Part shown: positions 56,826-64,000 of the stretch, piece by piece
Position numbering within the stretch: the first letter of the stretch is position 1
Layout of the letters: the number at the start of each line of letters is the position of its first letter
From: Octopus vulgaris
Lineage: Eukaryota
Direction of reading: 5' to 3'
Assembly: GCA_951406725.2 (NCBI GenBank)
Contig: OX597833.1
Coordinates: 26,040,001-26,104,000 of the forward strand
DNA: 64,000 nt
Made by a program: the position numbers and the translations under genes
The notes under the pieces: generated by a model
The model's input: only the letters and a program-made list of their open reading frames with translations
Database searches by the model: none
What the model was told of the DNA's origin: nothing

Positions 56826-57019
56826 TGGGTGTTCATCGGAACGTGCGAAACTCGTAAACAAGAAGTACCTTGAATTTAAGTCAAACTGATTCTTAATACT
56901 TCCAGATGCAACAAATAGTCTTGAACAATTACTTTCATTTGTATATTTGCTTCTGTCTACCTGTCTTTGTCTCTGTCTCTGTCGCCCCTTTATCTTGTGT
57001 ATGCATGTATGTATGTATG

Positions 57020-57082
<63 letters not shown>

Positions 57083-57142
57083 ATACGTTTATGAATTTGT
57101 TTTGCAAGTTTCCTAATGTGTGTTGTAACAGATGTTATTAAA

Positions 57143-58200
<1,058 letters not shown>

Positions 58201-59045
58201 CGTAATCCATTTTTTCCCGAGCTATGCTATTATGCTCATTAATAATGTGTCAATTCATAATTTAAGATTTTTACCTTACTGAAAATTGAATAATAATATC
58301 AATAAATTTCTAAATAATATTTGGATCTTTTTCCTTTTTTTTATTGAATTATTATTATGATTGAATTAAAATAAAAAGTTTTAATCTAAAAATTAAAAAT
58401 AAGATTAGTAATTCCTCGATTTATGCTCTATCATTTAAGCTTAATTAAAGTATAGTTTGTTTTTAAAATTAAAAACGTTAATTATAGTTAAATCTAATTT
58501 TTTGCCTTATTGAGAAATTCCTGTAAATGCTACGATTCTGTTTCTCGTCTCAGATATTACGGAACTGTGTTTACATGATATAATTGCATTAATTAGTACA
58601 GATGACGTAATTAAACTAATTGCAAATTACCACCAATGACACCGGTGACATATATTAAAAGTCCCCTTAGAGAACTATATTCTTAAAAATGTATAGAACT
58701 TTAATCATCACCCTCAAATTGTAAAAAAAAATCACTCTTAAGATTTTTTTTTTAAAAACTTAATTTCATGATTGATACCTTGAAATTCCTCGAAATGGAG
58801 TCTATCATTGAAGCTAAATTAAAATATAGCTTGCTAATTTTAATTAAATCCAATATTTTGCTTTAGTTATATATTTTCTTTCATGATATTTTACCTTACA
58901 TCTCTTTTGATACAATTTTTTTGTTGCATGAGACCAAAACTATGAAATTACTCATGCTTTTGTCAATCATTGAAGCCAAGAAAAAGTAATCAGTCTACCG
59001 ATCAGAGTTGTCGGTTGAGGTCGTTTGGTGCGTCTTTGTTTGCAG

Positions 59046-59246
59046 CGCTCCTCTGTTTGTCGACTTCTCCGATGGCTGAAGCAAAGGGACAGTGTGCTTC
59101 TATCAAATTCTACGACGGAAGTGTTAAAAAGCATCACATCGCAAGAGTTTTTACGACTGCTCGACCAGTGCAAAATGCATCTGGAGCGATGAATGGTTTT
59201 TCCCATGGAGAATACTTTGAAGACAATTCAAATTGTAAACGTAAAA
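59046..59246 (+). CDS. Candidate internal coding exon of unknown gene
   Basis: Non-repetitive open frame; acceptor tctttgtttgcAG at 59045; donor GTAAGT at 59247; 201 nt, phase 1-1. No homology recognised. Confidence 0.35.
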
Positions 59247-59296
59247 GTAAGTGAATAAAATTATATTGCAAAATTCCGGTTTCTTTTGTGTAATTC

Positions 59297-59353
<57 letters not shown>

Positions 59354-59369
59354 ATATGCATATTTCACG

Positions 59370-59595
59370 TTGCTCCAGTTCACTCGTCTGTAGAAGTGAG
59401 TTGCGACGTCACAGGTGCCAAGCTGTATCGGCATTTGCCTTTCCCTTGGATAACACTGGTGGCGTGGAGTGGGGAGGCCGGTATGTATGGGTGACTGCTG
59501 GTCTTCCATAAACAACCTTGCCCGGACTTGTGCCTGGGAGGGTAACTTTCTAGGTGCAATCCCATGGTCAGTGTCGTGACCGAAGGGGGTCTCAG
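59370..59595 (+). mobile_element. GC-richer interspersed repeat fragment (probable SINE body) between TA tracts
   Basis: Sharp compositional boundaries at the microsatellites; resembles octopod repeats from memory only; no second copy in the window. Confidence 0.45.
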
Positions 59596-60652
59596 AATAT
59601 GTATATATATGCATATATAATATATATGTATATAATATATATATATATAATATATAATATTGTCAGTAAAAAAGGGTAGAATTAATTAATTGTTAATCAA
59701 TTCGACCAAGCAGTATTCGGTATGTAAAAGGACCATTTACGGTATATTTGAAGGACCATTTACGGTATATAAATTAATAAATTAATAAATTAATACTTAT
59801 AATATATAATATATATGTGTGAGCGCGCATGTATTTGTGTGTGTGCGTATAAGGAGGGAGAGAGGGGGTGGAGAGATGAAGAGACAGAGAGAGAAAGCGG
59901 GAGTGAGAACGAAGTAGAGATAGATGAGCACGTATGAAAACTTGCTATCATGTAGAAGTATCACATGACACATAGTGATTAAGAGATATCTCACTGTTAC
60001 CAAGTGAATAAATCCAATAGTAAGTTAAGAAAAGTAAAGTCATTGCTCCGAGGTTATTCGTTCTTTTTGAATTCTATAATTTCAAATATTTCCAACAACG
60101 ATGAAAATAATATGCGGATTAAAGACGAAAATCAAAGGTGTCAAGGAAAATTAAAATTACAAGCTAATCCTTTATAATTAGGCCTTTATCGAATCTTAAT
60201 TGAATATAACACTCCGGAAATTAGAGATTTGCGTCGGCGTTTAAATCCTATTTCCGTAGTAGTCAGATGTCGATTGGATAGTAAATGAATCCTTTTCAAA
60301 ATATGTGGCTGAATTATATCGCATATAGATTTTAGCCTCGAGGCGGGATTGATGTGTGAACTACCAGGCAAGTAACGACAACGCACGTAAATTATGCAAT
60401 GCTGAGACATCTTCATACAGCAGAATCCGATGTTCTTAATTATCGCTCGTTCGATCGTACGTTAGGGAAATGCCCTTGAGTTCCCTCAAATGATATATAA
60501 TTTTGTTCTGGAAGGAAAGAACTCATTATGTGGTGTAGTCTTATATGCTTCTGAAATGATGTGTGACATGGCTGCAGTGCTTATATGCAGAGTTTTGTTT
60601 GATCAAGCGGAACTGGTATGTTGAACTACAACAGCAACAATAGCGACTTAAT

Positions 60653-60838
60653 GGAGGCGCAATGACCCAGTGGTTAGGGCAGCGGACTCGCAGTCGTAAG
60701 AACCCTCTTTCGATTCCCAGACCGGGCATTGTGAGTGTTTATTGAGCAAAACACCTAAGCTCCACGAGACTCCGGCGGGGTGAGAGTGGTGAACCCCGCT
60801 GTACTCTTTCCCCACAACTTTCTCTCACGCTTTCTTCC
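60653..60838 (+). mobile_element. tRNA-like SINE family 2
   Basis: GGAGGCGCAATGACCCAGTGGTTAGGGCAGCGGACTCG head shared with the 20242 and 23732 copies. Confidence 0.85.
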
Positions 60839-63800
60839 TACCTCTGCCACAAAGCAGAGGAACCATGGTGTAACCCACTATGGTGTGGTAAACTTTCAGA
60901 CCCTGTCTAGATTGAGAATCCTCTGTACCCCAGGATGGTTCAGTGGTGGGTGGATCTTCAATTTGCCACACGCATTCTTAGTAGCTTAAAGTAGGCTCGA
61001 ATTAGAAATTATTCTTTGTGGCTAATGGCGTGAGTCCTGATTGGAAGAAGGAGACAGCGACTTACTTGAAGTCGGAAAGTATCAAAATAGTACTACACAC
61101 AAAGAGCTTGAATGACTCTATCTGTAGTGTCTACGCATAGCCATGAGAGATCCTGATGACGTGATCATTATGAGTGTTCGGTTTTCTGTATCAGACAGGG
61201 TTTTGTGTCTTTAAGCAAGGCAGTTCATTTTGCGTTGTTCTAGTCTACTCAGCTCTGATGAATACCACTGAATGTTGCTGTCGCCTCAATTCCCTCCAGC
61301 TGCCACATCCTGGATGTGCCACTGGATCAAGTAAGAGCGGTTGCCTGTATCTGCTTGCGATTACATTCGCACCTAGAACAATTAGCGAAAACATGATACA
61401 TGTTAACAAGCTGTACTTGCTCATGTGTTACGACAGCTGTGTTCTAATTAAGTACCATAACGTGAGCTGTACACAGTAATGTAACCTGGTTTTTACAATT
61501 AACTAGTTGAATTTTGCTTATTCAAACACCTACTACCAACGTTGTAGACTGCACCACACTTATATGTAGAGCATGTATGAGTCCATTTTTCCTTCATAAT
61601 AACTACCGACAGTGTCACACATAGAGATTACCGACTAGTATCTAGACAGATTGCACATAACTTTTGTGCCTTTTTGCATCGTGATGAATTATATTCTAAA
61701 ACATGTGGGTGGGGACCACAGTGAATACAAACTGCTATGCATCTCATCTACTTCTGTTTGGATAAAGAGATTCTGTATTATCTTATTCTACCTGTAAATA
61801 ATTTTAAATAATGTATGCGCGCAAAAAAATTATGTCACGATTTTTTTCCTTTGGTAATACTATGAGCCAGCCGCTTACATAACAATCATAATTATTAATT
61901 ACTATATTAATTATTAATTACTTCAGGCGATTATTCTTTCGTACACATATTAATTCTTGGACGACTTTTTTTTCTTTTTCTAGATTGCGCACTGATAGTA
62001 AAACGTGAGTATGTTAACATGCAAAAACTTGAAGAAAATAGTACTAGAAGCCAAGAAGAATGTGCACCACTCTTTTATCTATTTATAGTTACGTGGAATG
62101 TACACCCAGAAGAAATGTTTGCATCTAGTTTAAATGTAGAAAGATATGTAAAACTGTCCTTTCAGTTACGTGACTGTTTTCCACCATAACCGCACAAATA
62201 TCCGCTTCTCTCTAATCCTTTAAAGTTCATACAATCACGCTTCACTGCAGACATAAAACTGGTGACTTGGTTATTTTTTCTCAATCCCAGTTTCCAAAGT
62301 ACTCAATGCTTGCCGAAAATCATAAAAATCTTCCAACTGGTCAAGTTAGAAGAATAAAAGACATATGATCTAATTAAGCGATCTAATTAAGAGAAACTGA
62401 TCGCTACTAAGAAGTTCAGAATAATATTTAAAACGCGGATACCTTCCGGAGTGGCTTGAGAAATGGAAATAATATTCATCATTAAACAATACAGTACATT
62501 TTAAACCGAATATTTACCCTTCATTCGTTAAATGGTGTGTAATGTAACCCCCATTAAACAGGTTAATTAGCAATTTCCTAGTAACAAAGGCAATCTTCCT
62601 ATGATAATCAGTTTTCTTCCAAGAGTTAGATCACCATGATTTCTACATTTGAAATCTCATCAGATCCAGTATAGTCTACAGAATGAAGGCAATGCAACAG
62701 GAATAAATCATACCAAGGCTTGACCATAGAAGGATATAATCTCGAGGTGCCGTAACCTATGTAAATATTTGTTGCTCTCTTGGACTTGATTGTTCTATTC
62801 TAGGCTCATATATATCTTTTGAGCAATGCAAAATATACATTATTTTGTAGAATTAATATCACATTTACATTTCCTCTGGGGTATTATTTGCATTTCTTTT
62901 ATGTAGCAGTTACAATAATCACATTATCGTCAAGATATTCTTGAAGATAACTGGAGAAATATATGTTCAGGCTGGGAAGAAAGGTGATGCTTCATATCAA
63001 TAAATCATACACTCTGAAATTTGAATTGCATAGGTATGTGTGCATCTGTCTGAGTGTCTGAGAGTCTGCTTCTTGGTGTGTGAATAATATATGCGTATCT
63101 GCATGCCTCTGTGTGTTCTTGTGTCTGAGTGCGTATATGTGTATTTTTCTTTTGTGTCTGTTAGTTTTCAAATAGAAAAAACAAGTAACTGGAAATATAC
63201 GTGGTAAGAGAAAGATGGTGTATAATAACAGTAAAACATGCAAGAAAGGGCAAGAGGCAAATAGCTTGAAAGAGAATGAGGAAGAAAGCAGAGAGATACA
63301 GGAGAAAATTATCGTGTGAAAGAGTCTGCGTTATTATGGGATGGAGAGTGACAGAGTAAAGGACTCAGGCTGCTATAGAGAAAAAGGGAGACAGAGAGAA
63401 AGAAAGAAAGACAGAAAGAAAGAAAGAAAGAACGAAAGAAAGAGAGAGAGAAATATACTATATTGGAGGAAGAGAAAGGAAACGAGAGCAAAGGTGATGC
63501 TATTAGAAAAGACCAAAAGCAGCGGGGTATAGAATAGATTGAGAGAAATAAAGATATATAAAACACAGAGATAGATACAGAGGGCTAAATAAATACAAAG
63601 CACCTGAACAAATGGAAAGAACAGGCGACATAGCACCGGGATAATAGGAACGAGAAAACGGAGTGCTACTTAGGTCTGTCTGTTTAGATTGTATTTCGCA
63701 AATGTAATCTCATTTTGATATTAATTTCGAATGAGATATATTGAAATCGAATACTGCGGAAGATAAACGAAATGATGTCGGTCCATTGCGGACGGAGGAG

Positions 63801-64000
63801 TATAGTAGCTATCTACTAATGTGTGTGTGTGAGTGTGAGTGTATATGTGCGTGAATACGTGCACTTACGTACTTATGTATTTATATATATACACATATAT
63901 ATATATATACATTTACATACATATACACGTATTTACATGTATGTATGCATATTTAAAAACACACATAAATACATATACGTACAATATATATATATATATA

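Overview
AT-rich, microsatellite-dense eukaryotic genomic DNA. The SINE families resemble those I recognise from octopod cephalopods (inference, no search run). I see no intact protein-coding gene: nearly all listed ORFs are translations of simple repeats. The supportable content is: (i) a 9.2-kb head-to-tail array of five composite non-autonomous Helitrons (26095-35279; TC starts, 3' hairpin + CTAG ends) with three different cargos, including a mariner transposase fragment present three times; (ii) several sequence-unrelated short elements beside or inside simple repeats that carry minimal type I hammerhead ribozyme (HHR) motifs (400-434, 1343-1447, 17431-17465, 29318-29368, 45140-45190), one with a G3:C8 swap of the conserved core pair; (iii) four fold-back palindromes, each with a one-sided tail, typical of truncated Penelope-like pseudo-LTRs, some centred on the ribozyme; (iv) several tRNA-like SINE families, R4/Dong, CR1/L2, RTE and hAT remnants, a Tc1/mariner MITE and older long inverted repeats; (v) one weak candidate exon (59046-59246). 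Coordinates were read by eye and may be off by a few bases.
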